Assembly (NCBI GenBank): GCA_904063045.1 | Contig: CAJFCJ010000017.1 | Coordinates: 1-64,000, forward strand | Length of the DNA stretch: 64,000 bases | Source: Dimorphilus gyrociliatus | Taxonomy: Eukaryota > Animalia > Annelida | Direction: 5' to 3' | Shown here: in pieces, positions 13,282-25,857 of the stretch | Position numbering within the stretch: position 1 is the first letter of the stretch | Layout: each line of letters begins with the position of its first letter | Translations under genes and position numbers: made by a program | The notes under the pieces: model-generated | What the model saw: the letters and a program-made list of their open reading frames with translations, nothing else | What the model was told of the DNA's origin: nothing | Databases searched by the model: none

Positions 13282-16200
13282 TTATAAACATATCAATGAT
13301 ATAAATATAGATAGTAAACCTACGACTATACTGAATTTCATAGTCGGCGCTTTTGAACCTAAACCTTCGTTTGGATCTGGCTTTTCGATTTCATCCAAAA
13401 CTGCATCGCAACAATTCTTTGCCTCCGTTTCGATTTCCGACTTTGCCTCCTTTATTGCATCTTCTAGTACGTTTTGAGGCAGGAAATCATCTAGGCTTCT
13501 CTTCTTCCTTTTTGATGTGGATCCCTTAGAACACAGGTCGTTCTGGAAGTTTGGTCTAGCGTAGAGAAGGGCTCTAATAACGCCAGTCCTCCCTTCGACT
13601 TCTTCGGGATAGCCGTCGGCTACTTCAAGTTGATTAGATGTTAGATATTGTAGTGCAGCCAATCTGAAAAATTCAGCAAGGATTAGAGATATTTTATAAT
13701 CATATAGTATTCGTTTTAATTGCTTATATGCATATTTTTGTTTCCTTTCCCGTTGTAAGTAGTAAATAGGTGCAAATTTTTCACAAAGACAAAAAGAAAA
13801 GACAGTAGATTAGTATAATAAAAATATAAATATACTTTAGTTGGTTAAGCTTGTTCAATCAATGGTAAACAATTGTTCAAAAAGAATGTTTGAACGCGAT
13901 CAAACAACGTAATGTGCGATACTGCAAGCGTTCTTTAGCAATCAATCAACGTTTAACGGGAAAGATATATTGAAACATATTTTCACCTTTCTATTGTTTT
14001 AATCGGAATACTTCGCCAAATAAAGGGAAAGAGAGAGAGAGAGAGAGAGAGACGAGGAAGAAGAAGATAGAGGGAGAAACATTATCAAAGAGCAATAAAA
14101 GTAAGCTCTAATTAGAACTTATAATGATAACAATAGCGACTATTAGTCGGAACTCGTTCGTCACTCTTTTATTTGATTATTAAAGCGTTTAAGCGGAGGG
14201 AGAGTTGAACTGGAGTGTTTTACAGACTTATTCCAGACGTTGAGAGGTTGTTGAAAAAGACTTTTAGAAAGTTTATTTCAACGTTTTTCCTAAATTTCTT
14301 CCTATTTCTCTAGAAAAAAATCAGCGGCAATTAATCGATGATAATTAAGAAAAAGAGAGAATATTCGACCAAATCGACCATTTCTACTCTTCCGCTGCTG
14401 AACGATTCAAGTAGAGAGAATGTTTTTTAAGAGAAAGCTTTTTGTTTTTTAACCGATCGAAATGGTTTCGTGACGTAAATGTTCTTTATTGGAAAAAACC
14501 TTTACTCTAGTCCCAGTTTCAGGGGTAATCGACACACGGAATGGAACGCTACAAAATAATCATTCAGCGGTAGGTAGAATCAATAAGTACGAACAATATT
14601 GATAAAAATTACTCTCCAAAATATGGGACAATAAAAAATAATACCTCCTCTTTATGAAGAGGCAGGAAAGCATGAAAGCGTAAAAACAGGCAGGAAAGCA
14701 GCAAGGCAGGAAAATAGTTTGCAGAGCATTAAGAGTTACCAATTTGTCTTTTCAATATTATATAATATTTGTTTAACGACTGTTTCCATCTTTTGTTTAC
14801 ACTATACGCCTAAACAATAGATTATATATACTTACTCTGATTCTCCTTTCGGCTTTTTTCCTTTGCAGCAGTGGGAAAAGTATTTTGTCTTTCTGCAAAG
14901 TCTACTAATAGCTGCAGCGACTTTCGGCTTAATGGCAGTCCAAATTTGATCCCACTAAAAACAGATACAGTTTTAATTAGCCGTTAATAAATCAGAATAT
15001 AAGATAAAACCTTTGATAATGAAGTTCTCATGTATAAGCGAATTCCAACTTTTAACTTTTCTCTACTCTTTGCGCAAGTTTTTCCGTAGTAATTTGCTGT
15101 GCATTTGCATATACATTTATTGCCACTAGCAGCCGCTTTTCCTCCATTCTTACAAGAGTGAGATGAACAATCTATACCTCCACCGCCACCGCCACCGCCA
15201 CCGCCACCGCCATTCTCCTTTGGAGGTTCTTTAGGGCAGTTTTTCGTGTCGGTCTTTCCAGTTTCTAAAGAGATACACAGTTGGTTAGTTATTTAGTTAG
15301 ATAGATAGATAGATAGATATTAATTGATTGGCCGACTGGCAGACTGATTGATCGTCGAAGGACGTACAGTGTAATAGTATTTTTCTTTATTTCATTCCTT
15401 TTATCATATAAATAATTAGACTACCATTTTGATTAATTATAAAGTATAGTGAAATGGAAAACTGATTTTCCTTATTTAGCGCCTTGTAATTTGATTAAAA
15501 CATATTGACATAAAGAAACAGTAGGTAGCATAAGTAGTGTTCAGCTTTACCTTTTCTGTCTGTCTATCTGTTTGTCTAACTCTCTCTCTCTCTCTCTCTC
15601 TTTCTATCTATCTATCTCTATTTCTCTTTAATCACTATTAAAAATAACAATTGCAACTAGTACTTGAACTGAATATCTTCTCTATAGTAGGATATAGAAA
15701 TGGTAAAAGGATTAAAGACGCATACAGTAAATAAAGAACTCAATTCCCTTTAGACAGTTTGTTATTATAAACGCTAGTTTTGTTTAATTATTGCTATAGT
15801 GATTTGGTTGGAGATGCATGTAACAGTACTTACGGCAAATTCCGCACAATGCTGGACATCTTCCCTGTACTAAATTCTTAAACTGCGCATGATTACAGCT
15901 GCCTTTCGGATATCCAGGACTTTTACCGCATTTACTATCGTAGTCTTTACATTCTTTCGCGCAATCATCGCCAGTAAATCCGGGTTTGCAGGTGCAACCG
16001 CAAGATGATTTCTTTTCGCCACAATTTGCGCAGAAAATCTTACACGTACAATCCGAGCCAGATTTACAGGTACTGCATAGCTTTTTTCGGCACATGGGCG
16101 CTTCAGAAGGACAACCAGTGCATTGGACACCCTTTTCGTAGATTTTTGTATTCGCATAGTTGCCACTAAAAGCAGTGGATTGGACATGTAGATATTTAAT

Positions 16201-18291
16201 TGACGATTATGAAAATGTTTACTTACGGTGGTCCGTAATTGCATACAATATATTCGCCCTTGCCTATTTGTCTATTCTCTGAACTATCCCTCAAATTGGT
16301 ACATTTATGTAGTGCACATCCAAGATTCGTTGATTCTGCCCATACAACTTGAGTATAATGTCCGCATGGACTTTTGTTGCATCTAATTTTCTCGTAATCG
16401 TAATTCTTTTTCTCGTTATGCCATGCTCTAATTGCAGAAGTGAAGCTGGCTGTTCCAGTCCTGTATTGGTTGAAAGATATTGTTTATGACCTATAACCGA
16501 ACAGAAAAATAAAATCATTGCGTGTATATGACTACGTACGTATGTGAGGGTGTGTTTGTTATCGAGTAAATTGCGATGTTCTACCTGCGCTATTTGAAAA
16601 GAATGATTGACTGAACAAGTGAATGGATGAATGAATTTGGCGTAAATATATATTTTTTTGGATAAAAAGTAGTTGCTATATGAATAAAGAAGTATGTAAC
16701 AATTGAAGTATTAGTTTTTATCATTGGATTCCTTACTTTTAAAAAAAGGGTTTTCAACGAGGAAAAGTATAGAAAAGTAAGAATTGCATTCTAAGCGAAT
16801 CAATCGTCTAAAGAGTGTTCCTCTGTTAGAATCATTAACAACAACTTATCATCATCGCCATCGCAATTATTCCCATTACAATTTGTTGAGTATTATTTCT
16901 ATTGCGAAGGAAGATATTTACTTTTTGATTCAACTAAAAACTAACACTAACTAACGTTGTTCAAGAGCTCCAAAGCCTAAAAGAATGTCAAAAGTTTCAC
17001 AATCAGTTTACACGCTTGAACAGTTGGTAAACGAGTAGGTATTTTAGTGAAATGTTAGAGGGCGGCAGGAGAGAGATTGATTGAACAATGGCTCGTAAAA
17101 ACAAAAACAAAAAACATTCTATTTTTCAGAATAATCCTAGTCTACGTTTTAAGGGAATTGAATGAAAGAGGAAACGAATTTTACGTATCGTTTCGATTTA
17201 TTGTTTGTTTTTGATTTGAATGTTGAAATTTGGAATTGTTCAACCTAAATAAAGGACAAAAGCGTCTACTAAAAAGTAGTAAAAGTCGTAAAAATTGAAA
17301 ATATAATAAACATTATAATGGTTTAATAGAAGTAAACTAAGATAGAATAGATAAGAGCTTAGGTTTGACTAGAAGTATATAAGTATTCCGTAGTAGTAGT
17401 CTTAACTATTCAGAAATGATATTTTGTAGAAAAGAGAGAAACTACTAACTTCATTTCATTAGTTTAATTGTTCAATAAATCATAGGCGTATAAATACTCT
17501 TAGGCCTTATTTAGTACCTTTTTGTTTCAACGAGAAAGTGAAATTTATATATACTGTACTGTATATACGAGTTTACTAGCGACAATAAATGGATGTACTT
17601 ATGGATATTTCTATATTATTCATCCCCTTTTACGTGTATTAAGTGTTTCTTCTTCTTCTTCTGCTATACAGCAGTATAATACATCTATACATTTATCTAC
17701 ACTGTATATAATGTTATTTATAACAATATAGGTTTTGTAATATTATTGGCATAACGACAATTTTATCTTATTAAGTAAAGTATTGGCTTATTGTCCAGAT
17801 AAATATATCGAAAAACTATTGTTTAACTAAATCTCTTGTCTAATTTGAAATAAAAAAAACTTACGTGATGAAAAGATTTTGTCCTAAACTTGAAAAACCT
17901 GTAGTAAAACCTTTTGGTTGACCGTGAATGAAATCGCATCCTTCAGCCCATTTTTGAGCCATAGTGGCCAACGTCGTATCCCATACCTGGATAGGGTTGG
18001 AATAAGAAGGTTTTAAGAGAAAATTAAAATTGGGGCAAAATAGTCAATGTTCACCATTTCTCTCATATTCTTTGCTGGTTCGCCAGCTCTTAATTCGTTG
18101 TGAAAATTCAACGCTTCGCTCTTCTGCGCCGACGTTAATTTTGCGTCTCGACGTACTCGTAGTTTACTTAATGATACATCGCTATCGTCCACGTATGTTA
18201 TATCATGAGATATTTTCGTTATCTCTCCTACTATACCCGATAATAGAGGGGCACAGAGAAGAAGAGATAGAACGAGAGAAGGTGTCTTCAT
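13282..18291 (-). CDS. CAP/SCP (CRISP-like) protein with Cys-rich/EGF, ShK, poly-Gly, EGF, a possible SEA-like domain and a GPI-type hydrophobic tail
   Basis: Seven exons join in frame: 18291-18055, 17986-17865, 16460-16227, 16165-15834, about 15264-15010, about 14954-14836, about 13663-13282. CAP motifs HNELR, WDTTLATMAQKWAEGC, GQNL, CGHYTQVVWAES..LGC and IVCNYGPPGN. ShK-like CKDYDSKC...C...VQGRCPALCGIC. EGF CSSHSCKNGG...CICKCTANYYGKTC. The protein ends FSIVVGLLSIFISLICL*. Confidence 0.93.
15178..15212 (-). repeat. Coding (GGCGGT)n repeat encoding a poly-Gly linker in the CAP gene
   Basis: Plus strand (CCACCG)n; the minus strand translates as about 12 consecutive Gly between KEN and IDC. 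Confidence 0.9.
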
Positions 18292-20166
18292 TCCAACTTT
18301 CCACAACTAAACTGCAGGTGCCGAGAAAATATGAGCGCATGCGCCTTAATAGTCGATTAACAGAGTTTTAATAGTGTTGAAAAGAGAGAGAGAGAGAGAG
18401 AGAGAAGGGAGGGGAAGAGAGAAAGAGAGAAAAGAGACAAAAGATGTGTAAAATTTTTAATAAGATACTTTTTGAAAATGAAAATACAATAAAGAAAATA
18501 AACGATCTATTGTAATTTCTTGTACGTCCGCTTTTAAGAAGAAAATAAACATGTATTTCAATTACCACTTTTCTTCTTGATCGCCTGTCTCTCACCTCAT
18601 TTCTTTTCATTATTAAATTCCTTTAAAAAACTTACACGACAGGCAAATAAGCAGAGATTTTAAGGGAATAATCGTATTTTTTCAGAGCCTGAATCTTAGT
18701 GCTTGAATGTTTAACTATAAAACTATGTGAAATCCAACTTTACTTTTATATACAACAACATTAACAGCATTAAAAAACGTATGAAATGCTATATATATAC
18801 AATATATATACTGTTTATATACAATAGAAAAAACATAATTCTCTAACCTATTAAGGAAAAAATAGCATAAATTTTTCTCTCCCTCTCTTTCTCTTGTTCT
18901 TGTTTTATACTTTTCTCTCTCTCTCTCTCTCTTGCTCGCTCGCTGGCTCAATTGTTACTGCCATCTATATTTCATTTTTTTAATTAAAAATTTCTTTTTA
19001 TTTTAATAAGATTTAATGTAATTTGATAGGAAAAGTTGCTTTCGAAACTGAAAAATTGATTTTTGGCTATTTTTAACTTTCTTTCTTTCTTTCTTTCAAT
19101 AAAAAAAAGTATTTTTCTTATATATTTATTTTATTATAATGACGCTGTTAATCGTCTTGTAAATTCACTCTTCTCCTTACTCTCTCTCTCTCTCTCTCAC
19201 AGTCTTTATCCTTTCTTACGTAAAATCGCCGCAAAACCAACTATCTTGAATATGAATTTGAGATTTAGCATAAAAACATTTTTGTTGATTTCTTTCTCTC
19301 CTACTCTGTTTTTCTTCCAGTAAAAACTTTTGTCAATATTTAATAAGGAAGATAAAGATTTTTTTTACTTTTATCCGTTTAGTAAATTTTATCATCACAC
19401 CGTTTATGGATGTTGCCTTCTCTCTTCACTTTTATCTTTATCATTTTCGTAACATTAGATATTCTTCCCCAACTGCCACCCTTAATTACTTTTTCGGGTT
19501 TCATTATTAGACCTTTAAGTGAACACAAGAGATTCGTCTTTACATTGTTATTTTTTGCTTTTTAAGCGACTAGAAAAATGGTATAGGATACTTTAAAACT
19601 AGGTAAAAATTGGGAATTACTACAACTGGGTAAAATAATGAAGAGGTTTGGAACGTGAGAATAATTAGTGAATTGTCTAGAAAACATCAATATCTAGTCA
19701 AAGTTACAGGACTAATACTTTTTGATATCAAATTTATTATTATTAAGTTTTTAGCGATAGATAAGTCAATTGAAAAGTTAGATGAAGAACGGAGAAAAGA
19801 GCATTATTAACAGTTCTCTCTAACTTCGTAAGAGAAGGAAGTATTATTTATTACGCATAGAGAGATAAATAACAATTCTACAATGGTTTAAACATATACA
19901 ATTAGTTTTGTTATAAGAGACGTTTAAAAACCAACTGCAAAATAGATAGAAAGCAGAATGGGTCTTTTAATATTCTTGATTGGTTATACAACAATGCGTA
20001 ATCTTTAGCAATGTCTATCTCATCGCTAGGCCAGCTAGTTCGTTTCCCCCTCGACGTCATTTAGGAGACGACAAGTATGTGGTCAACTCATGGCTAGCTG
20101 AACACTTGTTGAAGATGGTCGTCTTAACGTTTCCATATGGTAGAAGATAAAGATTTGGAATAATAA

Positions 20167-20935
20167 ATGATGCTGTCTAATAAACTACTTTTCATAAGTT
20201 TATCCATAGCCGTCTCGGGTAAAGTATTGCTACTGTTAAAATTCAAACAAGAGAAAATACCTAACGCTAATCTTAACCCTAACAGATTCTTTCATATCCT
20301 TTAAAAAGATGAAAAACGGAACTTGTGGGAATATACCTCAAATTATTGGAAATTGTTTACAAATGAATAATACGTGGATGATGATGACAACGAAAACAAC
20401 GACGACGAGAACGACAATGAAGCTTATAATGGTAACTGATATAGAGAATGTTTGTAGGTGATTACTTTTAACATAGAACGTTAAATTTTTACAATGCAAC
20501 AAACCGATGGCTGTAAACCTACTTTCTACACATTTCAATATTTGCAGTTTGTTATACAACATAAAGGAGAATGAAAGAATAGAAAATTGCTTAAAGGAAA
20601 CAATAGAATCTTGTTCAAAAGCGAGTGCGAATGTAACTAGAATTTTCCTTGAATCTTGTAAAACTTTTAGCACGTATGAAATGATTGGAAAAGTTGAGAA
20701 AATGTTGAAAAAATACCGACAGCTTGCTAGAGGAAATAAACGATCTATTTTTAAATATTCGAGCATCTTGTTGGATTGTTTAAGAGATAATTCTCGGACG
20801 AATTGTCCGCAAATGTTTTCCAGCTATAGAAAGTATCCTTTTATCGTCGTTAAAATCATTACTTCCTTAACGAAGTATGGAAAATATAGAAATCTACATA
20901 AAAAGAGACTTTTCAAAAGTATGCATGTAATTCTT

Positions 20936-20976
<41 letters not shown>

Positions 20977-22814
20977 CATTCTTTCTCTTAATGAATACTT
21001 TTCGCAGGCTGTCTTCTTCCCTTTCAAGATGATAACCTCTTCCGAGAGCTCAAGTTTGACAATGAAGAAGAGATTTGTCCGCAATTGAATAGTCTCGTAT
21101 CGTCAACAATAAATGATATAAGACAATGTCCACCTACGAGACATAACCACGAATTCTTCATATACGAATTGCAATCACTTTTGGGTATTTTCTGTAAATT
21201 TTCAATTTCCGAATGCAGCCCTAAAAGATTTCAAGACTGTTTAGGGAACAATGAACTGGACGGTAGCAGACTAACTTACAAAGGACTTTGCTAGTAAGAG
21301 TTATTCACTGCAAGGTGAATATAAACAATTGTATTTTTACCTAATTTTTAGCGAAACAATAGAGGAAAGAAACTATATAAATAGATGCGTTAAATCTCGT
21401 TTAGACGAATGTAGGATTAACTCTATTAAATCTTCTTGGATAAACTTGTTCAACGATCGTAGAGAAGCGTGTTCTATTTTGGAAGGTGAAATATTACCAT
21501 CGTATTTCGTTCAATGACATTCTGCTCAATTTTCTTTTGATCTAGATTGCAAGATTGACGATAGTCGAACTAAACGCTTCGATTGTAATAATAAGGCGTT
21601 CAATTTCCTCTTGAAGAGGGATAGTTATACGTTTTGCAAGTATTTATCTACAACAAAACTTTTCGTTAAACGAACAATTGTAGTTGAAAACACTATTACT
21701 AGAACTTTAGACGACTATTCGCCGAAGGAGTATACTTACGATGTCAACTATTCAAAGGCTACCGACGAAACAGCTCTAGTACTAAGGAAGATCAGCAAGT
21801 TTCTGTGCCCTTATCCACCTACCAATTGGTTTAGACAAGGTATGTATGCATCGAGAAATAGAGTAATGTCTAATACATTATTACAAGTATCTAATATTTA
21901 ATAAACGACTATTTGTGAATTTTGATAGCGTGTAACGCAGAAGAAGCTGACAAGGTGTCGAAAAGTTTGACAATTTGCTTTATCAAAGCGATTAAAGATA
22001 TAGCTCTATCCGAGAGTAATGTGGAGGATAAAGTATATTCGTGCAGGTAACCCAAAGAAAGAAAGAGAAAGAGAGAGAGAGAGAGAGAAAAACGATTATC
22101 TATCCTCATTTAAATAATTGCAATTTGTTGTTTAACATACTAAGTCTTTCCGAAGGTTTGCCGTGAAGAAACGTGAATGTTTTAAAAAATTTGTCACCGC
22201 TCCTTGCAAGCAATCGTTTGGCGAATATAATGAAAAAGATCAACATATCAATGATTGTTTATCGAAAAGTTCTCCTCATAAGAAAGATTTATGCAACAGA
22301 AAGCTATATAGATTTCTAACAAAGACAAAAGATTTAATGGACAAAGGAGAAGATATTTTCAATATTTACAACAAGTTTTGCAAGTAAAAATATGATTAAA
22401 ATTCATAAATTTCAATCAATCAATCAATCAATCAACCGACCAACAAACATTAACATTGCCATAGTTTTGTTGCATTGTTTTATTCTCCCAACAGAACGTA
22501 TCGTCATTTGAAGAGTAGGCAGAGAGATAAGGAACAGAGTTGCTTCAATAAAATACAATCAATCACTACAAGAACTTTTGCAGTTCAGCACTTTCGAAAC
22601 TTTTCTTATCAATTAGAAGATTTTTGTTCGTTCTACAGTTCAGGTAAATAACGAAAAGCGAAAGAGAAAGAATAACCCTTTTCTTCCATCTCTCTTTAAT
22701 GATTGCATTCGCTTATTCTATTTTTATCTTTCTACGAAAGGATCATCAACCCTGATAAGTGATTTGACTGACGTTGCAATTCTACTCTTGGCCAGTATTG
22801 CGGCGACGAATTAA
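20167..22814 (+). CDS. Secreted, probably GPI-anchored, Cys-rich helical-repeat protein (DUF19-like)
   Basis: Signal peptide MMLSNKLLFISLSIAVSD; about 10 exons join in frame across short GT-AG introns. Repeated C-x(7-8)-CL/CV-x(6-7)-C spacing (NCLKETIESC, RCVKSRLDEC, ECFKKFVTAPC). Hydrophobic terminus DVAILLLASIAATN*. The gene is well supported; the domain name is tentative. Confidence 0.8.
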
Positions 22815-23230
22815 ACGATTAATTGATTGATTAACTTACTGATAGAAATGCACGATGGTAGATTAATAAATAAAAGGTATACTTTAATCTAATAAAGCAA
22901 TTTTTCCTCCTCTGGGAAGAAGTAGGATAAACAGATAACATTTTTTTTGATCTAGGAGCATTGATTAGAGCAGATATAGAGCAAATAAGTAGAAGTTTTT
23001 GAATATATCTATTACTGTTCAAGCGTTCAAGCTTTCAGTTGATTTTTATTTATGACTTTATTAGTTTCGAGTAATAAAACTAAGCAAAACATAACAGTAG
23101 GTCAAAAGAGAGTGGATGATTGATTACGTCATAAATAAAATAGATAGGTTACAAAGATGTACAACGTATAAAAAGAGAAAGAAAAACGAGTTTATTGCAG
23201 TTGAACTTGTGTCGTTTCAGTTTCTATGTT

Positions 23231-24451
23231 TTAATAGACTTTTACTAAAATTCCGTGTAGGATAATTGACTCTTTTCTCGAGATTAACCATTCAATACTA
23301 TCGTTGCTAAATCTAATGGAAGAGAGAAAATGAGATAAATACACAAGTTAATGAATAGATAATAGACATGAATAGATTACCCTGGATCAAAATCGTCTTG
23401 TAGATTATTTGCAGTACCGGATCGTATTTCGTATGAGTTTGGTTCCACTAATACTTGAAAAATTATCTTTGCGCTTCTTTCCTCTTCTCCGAACGATCCG
23501 ATTTTTATCCTTAAGAAAAACATATTGATAATAATTTGAATTGAATTGGAAGAGGAGGAGGAGGAGGGGCGGGGGTGGGAGAGAAAAAAATTCACGCTTC
23601 AATAGTTAATATACTTAATACGAAGCTTAGCTTTATAAATTTCTCGTAGATATTTCTTTTATTTTGTTACTATTATCATTTTACGGTTGCATAACCCGGT
23701 TAAAAAGGGTCACGAACCAGAGGATAATATCTATATTTACATATTAACAACACGACTATATTAACTACTGACGCACTTGGATCGTTTAACGATTATTTTA
23801 GCGTTCTATATGAATATTTAACGTAATGAAAAGGTTGAAATTACTTAAACTCTTGGGAAAAGTCGTCCAATTCGGCGTACTTTATACTCGGAGTTACGCA
23901 GACTCTGTCTGAATTGTCGATTTGAAGAGAAGCACCAAATGATACAGTCCAATTAAAAAGGCTTTTCGTTGAGTCAGTATTACAAATGAATAAATTCTCT
24001 GCTGATAAGATATCGCTAGTCTTACATAAGGATGTACCGTGATACGCCCTATGCCAGTTAGTATAGGCTCTTAAAAATCCAGGTCCAGGCTTTAGAGCGA
24101 AAAAACGCCAACCAATGGGCACGGCAAACTGAGCTTTGGGCATACCTCTTGATTGGTAGAGAACGCCTTTTCTCTTATTATGGCAATAGAGGCAGTAGCA
24201 CATATCTTGTGAGGGATTAAAGTATCCATCTTGAAAAAATTAAAAGAAAAGCAAGCATTAGTAAGGGGAAAAGAAAGGAAGATAAACACATACAGTATAT
24301 ACAGTATAGTGTTTAAACAAACCTTTAAGCTTTAATAGTTTTGTCATATGTCTACACCTGAGAAACTGGCAATTGGTTTTAGGTCCATATTCCTCTGTAA
24401 GATGATATTTGTAAATAGAAAGAGAAAGAGAGAGAGAGAGAGAGAGTCGTG

Positions 24452-24483
<32 letters not shown>

Positions 24484-24655
24484 AAGGGGAATATCAAGTA
24501 AGATAATAGATACTATAATAAAATTACCTTGAATAATTCGTCTCTGCTTTTCTTTTTCATTAATTACGATAGATTTTTGATGAGTATCCGTTGCTTCTAA
24601 TAGACAAGTAAAAAAAATTCAAACGATAGAAAAGACAGCGAGATAGAAGAAGGAG

Positions 24656-24689
<34 letters not shown>

Positions 24690-24733
24690 AGAGGCAAACT
24701 TTTAAATATCTTTTTAAAAGGATTTTTAGCCAT
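23231..24733 (-). CDS. Stand-alone NEURL4-type ADP-ribosyltransferase (ARTD-like) domain protein
   Basis: Exons about 24390-24329, about 24229-23841, about 23532-23381 and 23312-23231 give DGYFNPSQDMCYCLYCH...AVPIGWRFFAL...WHRAYHGT...VCVTPSIKYA...AKIIFQVLVEPNSY...FSNDSIEW...ILHGILVKVY*. This is collinear with the C-terminal ART domain of NEURL4 as I recall it. The two 5' exons (ATG 24733, MAKNPFKKIFK) are less certain. Confidence 0.85.
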
Positions 24734-25857
24734 TATTGCTCATGTATAATGAAAGAGAAGGTGGATAAGGATGATTAGATTGTTTGATGAACAAGCTTGT
24801 AGCGTTGTTGTAATGTTGTTCCCTTCTTACTCAGATAGGAATAGAGAAAAGAATTAACGTTTCTGACTTGTTATATCGAATAGTTTTATCGTCAATAAAA
24901 AGACAATTATTTAAGGTCCGAAAGTCAGTGATAAGTCGAACAATCGTATTAGTCACATTATCTGTAATAAATAAACCGATAACGTCTTTGTATATTTTTA
25001 AATATTCTCAATCGGTATTGTTAATTTTTCTAGTTTAATACACAATTAATAGGATTCAAGTCGCTTTTGAATAAGCTCAATTGAGAACAGGAAATGGAAT
25101 ATTTCTCGAATTTCATACTTCAACACACGTCTTTTCTTTTTAAACGCTTTTTTTTTCCTCTCAAGTTTGTTTTTCACAGTAATTCCAATATTTACATATT
25201 TTACTTTATAGAAACAGTTTAATTCCTTAATTCGGGGTTCTTCTCTCTTAAATACTCTTACCCCCCGCCATCTATTCCCGCTCTTACCTACTCTCAATTC
25301 CCCTCGTCTTTCGTTCATTCATCCTGTAACTCTTTTAAGGAGAATAGAACTATTGAAAGACTAAGGAAATCTGTTGTTGGCGTGTAATTTTATTAGGAAT
25401 TTCCCCCGCATTTTAATTTTCTATATCTATGAGAAAAATCGAAATGAATAGAAAGTCTCTTAATGTTTGATTAATCATTTTTAATTCGTCAATTCTTCAC
25501 TACATTTAAAAAGGAAAAAATTGAACAAACAAACAAACAAACAAACAAACAAGACACAATTACGAACAACTTTGTATTTATTGAACATTTCATTTTTCTT
25601 TTAAAAAACAAAAATTGAATTAGTTTATAAATTATCTTCGTATTTATTATAGACTGGCTAATGGAATAATGGAATTTTCTACATATTTTATATATACAGT
25701 ATTAGTAAGAAAACGTGGAGGAAAAATAGGATACGAACCCTGATTTAGCAATGATAACCCTGTTTCCTACAGTCTTACCTATATACACATGTAAACTCTA
25801 TTCAGTATACAGTATATACGCAACCGGTTCTCCCTGTCTTTTGCCAAATTAACGGCG

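Noticed and set aside
3064-20766. ORFs opposite real exons (3064-3267, 5046-5255, 5420-5689, 13235-13477, 18030-18371, 20338-20766)
   Set aside because: They overlap well-supported exons on the other strand and show no motifs, usable starts or splice support.
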